Assembly: GCA_007116295.1 (NCBI GenBank)
Contig: SKIS01000047.1
Span: 1 to 24,696 of the forward strand
Length of the DNA stretch: 24,696 nucleotides
Reading direction: 5' to 3'
DNA from: Candidatus Woesearchaeota archaeon
GTDB lineage: Archaea; Nanobdellota; Nanobdellia; Woesearchaeales; 21-14-0-10-32-9
A program made the translations under genes and the position numbers. A model generated the notes under the pieces. That model saw only the letters and a program-made list of their open reading frames with translations, searched no databases and was not told the origin of the DNA. This document shows, piece after piece, positions 15,019 through 23,712 of this stretch (its first letter is position 1; every line of letters begins with the position of its first letter).

Positions 15019-15416
15019 AACCGATTAACGCAAAAATGACCAGAGGACTTCCTGTCGGAAGCAGAGTAGACACTTGTGATAATAGTGGCGCTAAAGTAGT
15101 TAAGATTTTTAGCGTTAAAGGTCATAAAACAGTAAAAGGTCAATTGCCTTCAGCAGGTATAGGAGACTTAGTTAAAGTGTCTGTAATAAAAGGAAGACCT
15201 GACATGAGAAAAACAGTTAATTGGGCTGTTGTAGTTAGACAAAAGAAATCCTTTAGAAGAGCTGACGGAACAAGAGTCAAGTTTGAAGACAACGCAGTAG
15301 TTGTGTTAAAAGATGAGAAAGGAAATCCTAAGGGAACTATCCTTAAAGGACCTGTAGCTAAAGAAGCATGCCAAAGATGGCCAGGAATAGCAAAAATAGC
15401 AAATATAATAGTGTGA
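15015..15416 (+). CDS. rpl14: 50S ribosomal protein uL14
   Basis: CDNSGAK, AGIGDLVKVSVIKG, RRADGTRVKFEDNAVV, GPVAKEA. Confidence 0.98.
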   Translation: MKPINAKMTRGLPVGSRVDTCDNSGAKVVKIFSVKGHKTVKGQLPSAGIGDLVKVSVIKGRPDMRKTVNWAVVVRQKKSFRRADGTRVKFEDNAVVVLKDEKGNPKGTILKGPVAKEACQRWPGIAKIANIIV

Positions 15417-15423
15417 TAATAAA

Positions 15424-15810
15424 ATGAAATCAAAATTTTCAAAAACATGGATTGCAAGCGTTCAACCTAGAAAGCAACGCAAGTACAGAGCAAATGCTCC
15501 TTTACATTTAAAATCCAAATTTTTGTCTGTTAATTTAAACAAAGAATTAAGACAAAAATACGGGACCAGAAATATAAGAGTTAGAAAAGGAGATACTGTA
15601 AGAGTTATAAGAGGAGATCACAAAACTTTGGAAGGTAAAGTTGCGGATATAAACTTAAAAAAAGCTTTGGTTTATGTTGATGGAATTGAACATTCAAAGA
15701 GAGAAGGAGCTAAAAAAAGGATTCCCCTTCAGCCAAGCAATTTACAAATAGTTGATTTAGACATGTCAGATTCAAAAAGAAAACAAAAATTAGATTTAAA
15801 CAAGAAGTAA
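15424..15810 (+). CDS. rpl24: 50S ribosomal protein uL24
   Basis: SVQPRKQRKYRANAPLH, VRKGDTVRVIRG, QPSNLQIVDL. Confidence 0.97.
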   Translation: MKSKFSKTWIASVQPRKQRKYRANAPLHLKSKFLSVNLNKELRQKYGTRNIRVRKGDTVRVIRGDHKTLEGKVADINLKKALVYVDGIEHSKREGAKKRIPLQPSNLQIVDLDMSDSKRKQKLDLNKK

Positions 15811-15811
15811 A

Positions 15812-16501
15812 ATGGTAAAAAATCACTTAAAAAGAATAATGATGCCCAAAACATGGAAAGTGGCTAGAAAAGTTAATACTTTCGTGTCCAGGCCTATGCC
15901 TGGAGCACACAAGTTAGAGTTAGCTGTTTCAATAAACACTTTCTTGAAAGAAATGACTGGGTTGACAAGAACAACTAAAGAGACTAAGTACTTATTAAAG
16001 TATGATGAGTTGCTCGTAAATGGAGCTAGAAGAAGAGACGAAAAACAGCAAGTTGGCTTTTTAGACATAGTTTCTCTTCCTAAACACAAAAAAGCATTCA
16101 TAATATCAATAAACAAAAAATCAAAGCTTATAGCTAAAGAAATAGATACAAAAGTATCACAAACAGTATTAAAAGTTACAGGTAAAACGGTTATTCCTGG
16201 AGGAAAAATCCAAATAAACACTGTTAACGGAGTAAACATTTTGGCAGGCAAAGAATCTAAAGATTACAAAATAGGAGATTCTTTATTATTTGATATATCC
16301 TCTAAGAAAATCAAAGAACACCTTCCAAGAAAAGAAGGAGCGGCAGTATTCATATTTACAGGTAAGCACGCAGGAAAAACTGGAGAACTAGTTAAAATAG
16401 ATTCAGGCGTTGCACAAATCAAAGCAGATAAAGAAACATTTGAAACTCACAAAGAATACGTAATTGTGATAGGAAAGAAAAAACCAGTGATTGACCTATG
16501 A
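15812..16501 (+). CDS. rps4e: 30S ribosomal protein eS4
   Basis: HLKRIMMPKTW, PMPGAH, VGFLDIV, GKHAGKTG. Confidence 0.95.
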   Translation: MVKNHLKRIMMPKTWKVARKVNTFVSRPMPGAHKLELAVSINTFLKEMTGLTRTTKETKYLLKYDELLVNGARRRDEKQQVGFLDIVSLPKHKKAFIISINKKSKLIAKEIDTKVSQTVLKVTGKTVIPGGKIQINTVNGVNILAGKESKDYKIGDSLLFDISSKKIKEHLPRKEGAAVFIFTGKHAGKTGELVKIDSGVAQIKADKETFETHKEYVIVIGKKKPVIDL

Positions 16502-17019
16502 AAAACACTAAAATGAAAGAAATAAGAATTGAAAAAGTAACCCTAAATGTGGGTGCTGGTAAAGATCAGAAAGTCTTAGAAAAAGGTGTTAAACTACTTA
16601 AAAATATAACTGGAATAGAGCCTGTCAAAACTATTACTTACAAAAGAATTCAAGGCTGGGGTTTAAGACCAGGTCTTCCTATAGGTTGTAAAATAACACT
16701 TAGAGGAAAGGAAGCTCATAAAATGGTTGAAAGAATAGTTTATGCTAAGGACGATGTGTTTAAGGAAAGCTTTTTTGACGATAACGGAAACATAAGCATA
16801 GGCATATCAGAATACGTTGACTTAAAAGACGCAAAATACGATGTTGACATAGGTATGATGGGTCTGCAAGCAAACATAACACTTATGAGACCTGGTAAAA
16901 GAGTGTCCACTAGAAAATCCAGACCTGGTAAAATAGGCAAATCTCATAAAATTACTAAGGAAGAAGCAATAAATTTCATGAAAGAAAACTTTAAAGTAAA
17001 AATCGGTGATCAACAATGA
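16498..17019 (+). CDS. rpl5: 50S ribosomal protein uL5
   Basis: IRIEKVTLNVGAG, GLPIGCKITLRG, YDVDIGMMGL. Confidence 0.97.
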   Translation: MKNTKMKEIRIEKVTLNVGAGKDQKVLEKGVKLLKNITGIEPVKTITYKRIQGWGLRPGLPIGCKITLRGKEAHKMVERIVYAKDDVFKESFFDDNGNISIGISEYVDLKDAKYDVDIGMMGLQANITLMRPGKRVSTRKSRPGKIGKSHKITKEEAINFMKENFKVKIGDQQ

Positions 17020-17246
17020 CTACTTCACATCATAGCAAAGTATTGAAACAAATAAAAGATAAGCCTGGTAAGTACCAAAAATACTTGAAACACAACACTC
17101 CAAAGAAAAGAAAGCATGGAAAAGGAAAGCACACATGTGATTTATGCGGAAGCACAAGTGGAGTAATAAGAAAATATGGTATGAAGATATGCAGACAATG
17201 TTTTAGAGATAACGCAACAAATTTAGGCTTTAAAAAATATTCATGA
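17016..17246 (+). CDS. rps14: 30S ribosomal protein uS14 (Zn-binding type, N-terminally extended)
   Basis: CDLCG...IRKYGMKICRQCFR...GFKKY. Confidence 0.95.
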   Translation: MTTSHHSKVLKQIKDKPGKYQKYLKHNTPKKRKHGKGKHTCDLCGSTSGVIRKYGMKICRQCFRDNATNLGFKKYS

Positions 17247-17255
17247 GGTAACAAA

Positions 17256-17639
17256 ATGACATTAAACGATCCTTTATCAAACGTACTATCGCACATCGAC
17301 CATTATGAAAGGTTAGGTCATAAGTTAGTTCATGCTAAAAATAATAGTAAACTAATAAGAGAAGTCCTTAACATAATGCAAGAAGAAGGATACATAGGAG
17401 GATACGAGCAAAAAGAAGACAGAACTTTAAACATAAATTTGCTTGGAAACCTAAACAAATGTGGAGTTATAAAGCCAAGGTTTAGAATATCTTTAAAAGA
17501 TTTCGAGAAATACGAAAAAAGATATCTTCCAGCTAAAGACTTCGGAATACTAATAATATCAACAAGTAAGGGATTAATGACGCATATTGAAGCAAAACAA
17601 AAAAGACTAGGAGGAACTTTGATAAGTTACGCATATTAA
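17256..17639 (+). CDS. rps8: 30S ribosomal protein uS8
   Basis: LNDPLSNVL, GNLNKCGVIKPRF, YLPAKDFGILIISTSKGLMTH, GGTLISY. Confidence 0.97.
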   Translation: MTLNDPLSNVLSHIDHYERLGHKLVHAKNNSKLIREVLNIMQEEGYIGGYEQKEDRTLNINLLGNLNKCGVIKPRFRISLKDFEKYEKRYLPAKDFGILIISTSKGLMTHIEAKQKRLGGTLISYAY

Positions 17640-17640
17640 A

Positions 17641-18183
17641 ATGAGCAGTGGTTTAGAAGTAATAATAGAATTAGGAGAAGGCGTTAAGGCTCAGTTAGAA
17701 AATAGAGAGCTTACCGTTACAGGACCTAAAGGCGAAATTAAAAGAAAAATAATAGAGCCTGCTATAAACTTTAATATAACCTCTGAACACATAAAAATAT
17801 CAACTAAGAAAGATTCAAAGAGTCAAAAGAAAGCTTTAAACACTTTAACAGCTCACCTAAACAACTTAGTTAAAGGAGTTAAAGAAGAATACGTTTACAA
17901 ATTAAAAATATGCTCAGGACATTTCCCTATGAATGTAAGTGTTAAAGGAGATGTGTTTGAAATAAAGAACTTTATAGGAGAAAAAGTTCCAAGAACATTA
18001 AAAATTATGAGTGGCGCACAAGTCAACATCCAAGGAGAAATAATTGAAGTTAAGAGTATAAACAAAGAAGTGGCAGGACAAGTCGCTGCTTCAATAGAAA
18101 AATTAACTCGAAGACCTAACTTTGATAAAAGAATATTCCAAGATGGTATTTACATAATTGAGAAAGATGGGAGAGTATTGTGA
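17641..18183 (+). CDS. rpl6: 50S ribosomal protein uL6
   Basis: VTGPKGEI, HFPMNV, KNFIGEKVPR, FDKRIFQDGIYI. Confidence 0.97.
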   Translation: MSSGLEVIIELGEGVKAQLENRELTVTGPKGEIKRKIIEPAINFNITSEHIKISTKKDSKSQKKALNTLTAHLNNLVKGVKEEYVYKLKICSGHFPMNVSVKGDVFEIKNFIGEKVPRTLKIMSGAQVNIQGEIIEVKSINKEVAGQVAASIEKLTRRPNFDKRIFQDGIYIIEKDGRVL

Positions 18184-18710
18184 TTAAGATGAAATTCCTA
18201 AGAAAAGATAGTAATAAGAAAAAAAGATTGAATAAAGGTTACAGAAGACCTAAAGGACTTCATAATAAGATGAGGCTTGAAAAGAAAGGCCACTCTTCAA
18301 AAATTAAACCTGGCTTTGGTAGAGATAATAAAGAAAAAAATACTTGGAAAGGATTAAAAATAGTCTTCGTGGAAAAATTAGAAGACTTAAAAGGTTTAGA
18401 TCCAAAAAAACATTCAGTTAACATAAAAAAGATTTCAAAGAAATCAAAAGTAGAAATAGTAAAAGAAGCTAAGAAAAAAGGATTTGTGTTTGTAAACCTT
18501 AATGCTGAAGCTTATTTGAAAAGTGTAGAAGAGCTACTTAAACAAAAGTCTTCAAAAACAAAAAAACAAAAGGATCAACCTAAAGAAGAAAAAGAAGAAT
18601 CAAAGAAAAAAGAATCTGATTCCGAAAAGAAAGAACCAAAAGTAGATCCTGAAGAAAAGAAAAAGCAGGAAAAGAAAAAGCAAGAAGAAATAATTACAAA
18701 AGGTAGATAA
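18180..18710 (+). CDS. rpl32e: 50S ribosomal protein eL32 with charged C-terminal extension
   Basis: KFLRKDS...YRRPKGLHNKMR...PGFG. The start is GTG at 18180 or ATG at 18189. Confidence 0.92.
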   Translation: MIKMKFLRKDSNKKKRLNKGYRRPKGLHNKMRLEKKGHSSKIKPGFGRDNKEKNTWKGLKIVFVEKLEDLKGLDPKKHSVNIKKISKKSKVEIVKEAKKKGFVFVNLNAEAYLKSVEELLKQKSSKTKKQKDQPKEEKEESKKKESDSEKKEPKVDPEEKKKQEKKKQEEIITKGR

Positions 18711-18712
18711 CG

Positions 18713-19165
18713 ATGAAAACTCAAAAAACTTTAGCTGCAAAAATCTTGAAAACAAGTCCTAAAAAAATCAAGTTCAAAAATGATAGGCTTGCAGAAGTAA
18801 AAGAAGCTATTACTAAACAAGATATAAGAGAGCTAATAGAGGATGAAGCAATAGTAAAACTTCCCGATAAAGGAATTTCAAGAGCTAGAGCTAATAAAAT
18901 AAAAACTCAAAAAGCAAAGGGCTTAAGAAAAGGTCTGGGTTCCAGAAAGGGAAAGAAAACAGCAAGACTTCCTAGAAAAAAGGCTTGGATGAATAAAATA
19001 AGAGCTCAAAGAGTTTTATTAAAAGAATTAAAAGAAAATAATAAGATTTCAAATGAAACTTTCAGAAAACTATATTTAAGAAGTAAAGGAGGTTTCTTTA
19101 GAAGTAAGAGACACATCAAAATTTACCTCCAAGACAATAATTTAATATTGAGTGATAAGAAATGA
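18713..19165 (+). CDS. rpl19e: 50S ribosomal protein eL19
   Basis: QKTLAAKIL, AITKQDIRELI, GLGSRKGKKTAR, WMNKIRAQR, LYLRSKGGFF. Confidence 0.97.
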   Translation: MKTQKTLAAKILKTSPKKIKFKNDRLAEVKEAITKQDIRELIEDEAIVKLPDKGISRARANKIKTQKAKGLRKGLGSRKGKKTARLPRKKAWMNKIRAQRVLLKELKENNKISNETFRKLYLRSKGGFFRSKRHIKIYLQDNNLILSDKK

Positions 19166-19656
19166 GAGCAAAATACACAGTCAAACATAGAAGAAAAAGA
19201 GAAGGTAGAACTAACTACAAGAAAAGGTTAGGATTACTTAAATCTAAACAAACAAGACTAGTAATTAGGAAATCAAATACTAAAATAATATTTCAATTCA
19301 TAGAATACTCTCCTGATGGAGACAAGGTATTATTCACATACAATAGCTCAGCTCTTAAAGATCAAGGTTGGAATCATTCCTACAAATCTTTACCCGCTGC
19401 TTATCTATCAGGATTAGTAGTTGGCCAAAAAGCACTAGATAAAAAAATCAAAACAGCAATACTAGATATTGGTTTGCAATCTCCTAAAAAAGGAGGAAGA
19501 ATATACAGTGCTTTAAAAGGAGTTATTGATGCAGGAGTCAAAATTCCTTCTGATGAATCAATTTTTCCTGATGAAGAAAGATTAAGTGGAAAGCACATAC
19601 AAGATGAGTCAGTAAATAAAGACTTTGAAAAACTAAAACAAAAAATTATGAAGTGA
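19162..19656 (+). CDS. rpl18: 50S ribosomal protein uL18
   Basis: RRKREGRTNYKKRL, RLVIRKSN, PAAYLSGL, ILDIGL, ALKGVIDAG. Confidence 0.97.
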   Translation: MRAKYTVKHRRKREGRTNYKKRLGLLKSKQTRLVIRKSNTKIIFQFIEYSPDGDKVLFTYNSSALKDQGWNHSYKSLPAAYLSGLVVGQKALDKKIKTAILDIGLQSPKKGGRIYSALKGVIDAGVKIPSDESIFPDEERLSGKHIQDESVNKDFEKLKQKIMK

Positions 19657-19661
19657 TTATT

Positions 19662-20465
19662 ATGCCAAAAATATCAAAAAAACAAAAGGTTAAAGAAAAA
19701 AAAGAAGAAGTCCAGGAAGAAGTAGATGTAATCGAACCTTTGGACGAAGAAGCGCCTTTAGAGATGACTATACCTGAGGATTGGACTCCAAAAACTGAAC
19801 TTGGAAAAAGAATAGTTGCAGGAGAAGTCACTGATATAAATTACGTTTTAGATAATGGTTACAAAATATTAGAACCTCAAATAACAGACTCATTACTTAA
19901 CTTAGAGTCAGATCTTTTACTTGTAGGTCAAGCAAAAGGTAAGTTTGGAGGAGGTCAAAGAAGAGTATTTAGACAAACTCAGAAAAAGACTCGTGAAGGA
20001 AACAAACCTAAGTTTACAACAGTTGCTGTTGTAGGAAATAAAGATGGATACGTAGGTATTGGCTTAGGTAAAAGCAAAGAAACAGTTCCTGCTAGAGAAA
20101 AAGCAGTAAGAAATGCTAAACTTAACATTTTCAAAATAGCAAGAGGCTCTGGAAGTTGGGAATCTGATTCTAAAGATCCTACTAGTATTCCTTATGCAGT
20201 AACAGGAAAATGTGGTTCTGTAGAAATAACATTGATGCCTGCGCCAAAAGGTAAAGGTCTTTGTGTTGAAAAAGAATGTCAAAAGATTTTAGCTTTGGCA
20301 GGAATAAAAGATGTTTGGTCTAAAACTCAAGGTCAAACCAAAAACAAAATCAATTTAATAACTGCGTGTGAAAGAGCGCTTAGAAAATTAGTTTCGACTA
20401 AGATGAGGGCTAAAGATACGCAAACAGTTTCATATCAAGAAGGCGCGGAGAAAATCGTACAATGA
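19662..20465 (+). CDS. rps5: 30S ribosomal protein uS5 with charged N-terminal extension
   Basis: WTPKTELG, QTQKKTREG, VVGNKDGYVGIG, LMPAPKGKGL, GIKDVWSKT. ATG at 19662 is preferred; GTG at 19653 is the alternative. Confidence 0.96.
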   Translation: MPKISKKQKVKEKKEEVQEEVDVIEPLDEEAPLEMTIPEDWTPKTELGKRIVAGEVTDINYVLDNGYKILEPQITDSLLNLESDLLLVGQAKGKFGGGQRRVFRQTQKKTREGNKPKFTTVAVVGNKDGYVGIGLGKSKETVPAREKAVRNAKLNIFKIARGSGSWESDSKDPTSIPYAVTGKCGSVEITLMPAPKGKGLCVEKECQKILALAGIKDVWSKTQGQTKNKINLITACERALRKLVSTKMRAKDTQTVSYQEGAEKIVQ

Positions 20466-20809
20466 CTAAAAAAATAGCAGTTATACTTATAAGAGGACTT
20501 GTAGGGGCAAGACAAGAAGTGAAAGACACTTTGAAAATGCTTAACTTACAAAAGAAAAACACTTTAGCATTAGTAGATGACACACCTGTTTATCAAGGTA
20601 TGTTAAAGAAAGTTCAAAATTATGTTACTTACGGCCCTGTTTCTGAAGAAACAATAAAGGCTTTGAAAGAAAAGAAAAAAGGAAAATACTATCCTTTACA
20701 TCCTCCAAGAGGAGGCTTTGAAAGAAAAGGCATAAAAGTACTTCATAGTAATGGGGGAGCTTTAGGACCTAGAGAAGAAATGGATTCATTAATCCAAAAA
20801 ATGATTTAG
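20462..20809 (+). CDS. rpl30: 50S ribosomal protein uL30 (short form)
   Basis: AVILIRG, DTLKMLNL, GMLKKVQNYVTYG, LHPPRGG, GGALG. Confidence 0.95.
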   Translation: MTKKIAVILIRGLVGARQEVKDTLKMLNLQKKNTLALVDDTPVYQGMLKKVQNYVTYGPVSEETIKALKEKKKGKYYPLHPPRGGFERKGIKVLHSNGGALGPREEMDSLIQKMI

Positions 20810-20821
20810 AGGAAAATTAAG

Positions 20822-21268
20822 ATGACTCATAAAAGAAAAAAGAATTCCAGAACGAGAGGAAGCAAAACTCATGGTGGCGGCGCTATGAAAAAGAGAAGAG
20901 GCGCTGGTAACAGAGGAGGCAGAGGTAATGCTGGCTCTGGTAAAAGAGGAGATGCTAAAAAACCTAAGTTTTGGAAGAACAAAAAGTATTTTGGGAAATT
21001 TGGATTTTCATCTATAAATAAAAAAGAAGTTAATACAATTAACTTAACCCATCTTTCAGACGTCTTAGATTCACTTACAAAAAAAGAAAAAGCAGTGAAA
21101 TCAAAAGACATGTACAAGGTAGATTTAAAGGATATAAAAGTGCACAAACTTTTAGGTTCTGGATCTTTAAACAAGAAAGTGGAAATTACTGCTCAACAAG
21201 CTTCTAAAAAAGCAATAGAAAAAGTTGAGAAAGCAGGAGGAAAAGTTATTCTTCCTAATCAAGATTAA
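20822..21268 (+). CDS. rpl15: 50S ribosomal protein uL15
   Basis: RGSKTHGGG, RGAGNRGGRGNAG, FGKFGF, KLLGSG, AIEKVEKAGG. Confidence 0.97.
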   Translation: MTHKRKKNSRTRGSKTHGGGAMKKRRGAGNRGGRGNAGSGKRGDAKKPKFWKNKKYFGKFGFSSINKKEVNTINLTHLSDVLDSLTKKEKAVKSKDMYKVDLKDIKVHKLLGSGSLNKKVEITAQQASKKAIEKVEKAGGKVILPNQD

Positions 21269-21270
21269 AA

Positions 21271-22647
21271 ATGGAAGTCTTAGATAAAATAATATCTTAT
21301 TTACCAGAGGTAACTCCTCCCCAAGAAAAAAAGAGGAGCTTCAAGCAAAAGCTTAGGTGGACAGGTATAATTTTAGCTCTTTACTTCATATTAGCTCTAA
21401 TACCTCTTTATGGTATGGCGGAAAACGCTTTAGAACAATTCGCATTTTTAAGTACTATTTTAGGAGCTAGTTTTGGTTCTTTGATTAGTTTAGGTATTGG
21501 TCCTATCGTAACCGCGAGTATAGTCTTGCAGCTTCTTAACGGTTCAGGTATAGTTAACTTTGATTTAACTAAACAAGAAGGAAAAAGAAGATTCCAAGGA
21601 GTTCAAAAGATCTTGGCTGTGTTTTTTACAGTTGTTGAGGCTTTCATATTCGTTTTATTAGGAGGGTTTGTTCCAGAAGTAGGAATATCTCCCTTAGTAC
21701 TGGTAGGTCAACTAACTCTTGGTGGTATATTCATAATACTCATGGATGAGATGGCCAGTAAGTATGGTTTTGGTTCTGGGGTAAGTTTATTTATTGCAGC
21801 AGGAGTTAGCGTAGAAATCTTTGTTCAATTATTAAACCCGTTCCCAAGTCCTTTAAATCCTGAAATAGCTACTGGTGCGATTCCTGTCATCATACAGAGT
21901 CTTCTAAGCGCGACTCCTGATAGTTTACAATTGGCTTCTATTGAGATAGCTAAAGTAGTTGCGACAGTCGTAATATTTTTCATAGTTGTTTATGCTCAAG
22001 CAATGAAAGTAGAGATACCTTTAACGTTTGGTAGAGTGAAGGGTTATGGAGTAAGATGGCCTTTAAACTTCCTTTACAGCAACGTTATTCCTATAATTTT
22101 AGTTGCTGCTTTGCTTGCAAATCTTCAACTACTCGCTAGATTATTTGAAAATTGGGGGTATCCTCTATTAGGGACTTTCTCTGATGCTGTGCCGGCGAGC
22201 GGTTTCGTTTTATGGATTAGTCCTCCTGCTATTTTAACTGAGTTAATAGTTGGGAGTTTCACAGCATTTATGGCGCTTCAAAGCTTAACTTACGTTATAG
22301 TTTATACAATAGGTGCAACTGTGTTTAGCGTGTTCTGGGTTCAAACAAGCGGGTTGGACGCATCAAGTCAGGCTAAGCAAATGGTTAGTTCAGGGTTGCA
22401 AATACCAGGGTTTAGAAGAGACAAGAGAGTCTTAGAAAGACTTTTAGACAGATATATTGGTCCCTTGGCGATACTTGGAGGTATAGCTATTGGTTTACTT
22501 GCTAGCACAGCTGACTTAGTCGGCGCGATAGGTACGGGTACAGGGTTATTACTTACAGTTATGATTATTTACAAGTTATATGAAGATATAGCTAAGCAAC
22601 ACGCTTATGATATGAATCCTGCTCTAAGGAAATTCATAAAGGTATAA
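21271..22647 (+). CDS. secY: Preprotein translocase subunit SecY
   Basis: LGIGPIVTASIVLQLL, GSGVSLFIAAG, YSNVIPIIL, QIPGFRRD, GTGTGLLLTV; multiple TM helices. Confidence 0.98.
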   Translation: MEVLDKIISYLPEVTPPQEKKRSFKQKLRWTGIILALYFILALIPLYGMAENALEQFAFLSTILGASFGSLISLGIGPIVTASIVLQLLNGSGIVNFDLTKQEGKRRFQGVQKILAVFFTVVEAFIFVLLGGFVPEVGISPLVLVGQLTLGGIFIILMDEMASKYGFGSGVSLFIAAGVSVEIFVQLLNPFPSPLNPEIATGAIPVIIQSLLSATPDSLQLASIEIAKVVATVVIFFIVVYAQAMKVEIPLTFGRVKGYGVRWPLNFLYSNVIPIILVAALLANLQLLARLFENWGYPLLGTFSDAVPASGFVLWISPPAILTELIVGSFTAFMALQSLTYVIVYTIGATVFSVFWVQTSGLDASSQAKQMVSSGLQIPGFRRDKRVLERLLDRYIGPLAILGGIAIGLLASTADLVGAIGTGTGLLLTVMIIYKLYEDIAKQHAYDMNPALRKFIKV

Positions 22648-22648
22648 A

Positions 22649-23335
22649 ATGGAATATTTACTTTTAATAGGGGGGGTGAGTTTTGTAGTTACGCTAATAA
22701 GTACTTTAGCATATAAATACACTACTGATCAAGGTCTTATTAAAAGAACTAAAGAAGATATAAAAAAACTTAGAGATAAACAGAAAAAACACAGGGATGA
22801 CAAAGAAAAGATGCTGGAAATCCAGCAAAAAATGATGTCTAAGAACATGATTATCATGAAGCAAAGCTTCAAACCCATGATTTATACTGTCATTCCCTTT
22901 TTACTTGTTTTTGCATGGCTAGCTGCTAACTTAGTATTTGTTCCTTTGCAACCTAACCAGTCTTTTGATGTTTACTTAAACAGCTCAGAGTTAGATTTGC
23001 AAGGAATAGATTTAGAAGGGGCTGAAATAATAAATGTTGAATTGGAAGAAGACGTCAAAACTTGGACTATAAGAGTTGAAGATAGCGGATCCCGTGAACT
23101 AATATTTAGAGGAGAAGGATTTTTGCAAACAAAATCCATTAGTGTCGGCGGTTTAATTGGCTATGAGCAACCTGTTAAAGCTTTTGATGAAGGAGAAATA
23201 GTTGTTGTTCACGAAGTTGTAAGGCCTTTTGGAGAGTTTAAGTTCTTTAATTGGAGTCCTCAGTGGCTTGGAACATATATCTTGTTCGCGCTTGTATTTA
23301 GTTTACTTTTAAGAAAGCTGCTTCGGGTTAGCTGA
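22649..23335 (+). CDS. DUF106 / EMC3-TMCO1 (Oxa1 superfamily) membrane protein
   Basis: TM1, a cytoplasmic coiled coil, QSFKPMIYTVIPFLLVFAWL, and terminal WLGTYILFALVFSLLLRKLL. Located in the canonical position after secY. Confidence 0.88.
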   Translation: MEYLLLIGGVSFVVTLISTLAYKYTTDQGLIKRTKEDIKKLRDKQKKHRDDKEKMLEIQQKMMSKNMIIMKQSFKPMIYTVIPFLLVFAWLAANLVFVPLQPNQSFDVYLNSSELDLQGIDLEGAEIINVELEEDVKTWTIRVEDSGSRELIFRGEGFLQTKSISVGGLIGYEQPVKAFDEGEIVVVHEVVRPFGEFKFFNWSPQWLGTYILFALVFSLLLRKLLRVS

Positions 23336-23349
23336 ACCTTACAATAACA

Positions 23350-23357
23350 TTTATAAA
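23350..23357 (+). promoter_or_regulatory. TATA box for rpl34e-rpl14e (leaderless)
   Basis: AACA-TTTATAAA, 23 nt before the ATG at 23381. Confidence 0.6.
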
Positions 23358-23380
23358 TGAACTTTTGTTTCTCTTTAGTT

Positions 23381-23653
23381 ATGGAACCTGCAAAAAGTAA
23401 ATCAAGATCTTTTAGGAGGAAGCAAGTTAGAACTGTTTCTGGTACTAAGAGAGTGTATGTTAAGAGGAAACCTAAATTAGGTACTTGTCATGTTACTGGT
23501 GAGAAGCTTAAAGGTGTTCCTAGGCAAAGAGTTCCTAAGCTTAAAAACATAGCTAAGTCTTCTAGGAGACCTCAAAGGCCATTTGGTGGCGTTTTGAGCA
23601 GTAGGGCTGCTAGAAAAGTTCATGTTGAGAAAGCTAGAAGTTTAAACAAATAA
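23381..23653 (+). CDS. rpl34e: 50S ribosomal protein eL34 (Zn-ligand-depleted form)
   Basis: KSRSFRRKQVRT, LKGVPR, KSSRRPQRPFGGVL. ATG at 23381 is preferred over 23357, which lies in the TATA box. Confidence 0.93.
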   Translation: MEPAKSKSRSFRRKQVRTVSGTKRVYVKRKPKLGTCHVTGEKLKGVPRQRVPKLKNIAKSSRRPQRPFGGVLSSRAARKVHVEKARSLNK

Positions 23654-23712
23654 ATCCTTGGCTTATTTGGCAACATTAAGCGTTCTAATGAGGATTTTGG
23701 AGGAATAAGAAA

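Noticed and set aside
23357-23380. ORF-track start for eL34 (MNFCFSLV)
   Set aside because: It overlaps the TATA box. The ATG at 23381 fits both homology and leaderless spacing.
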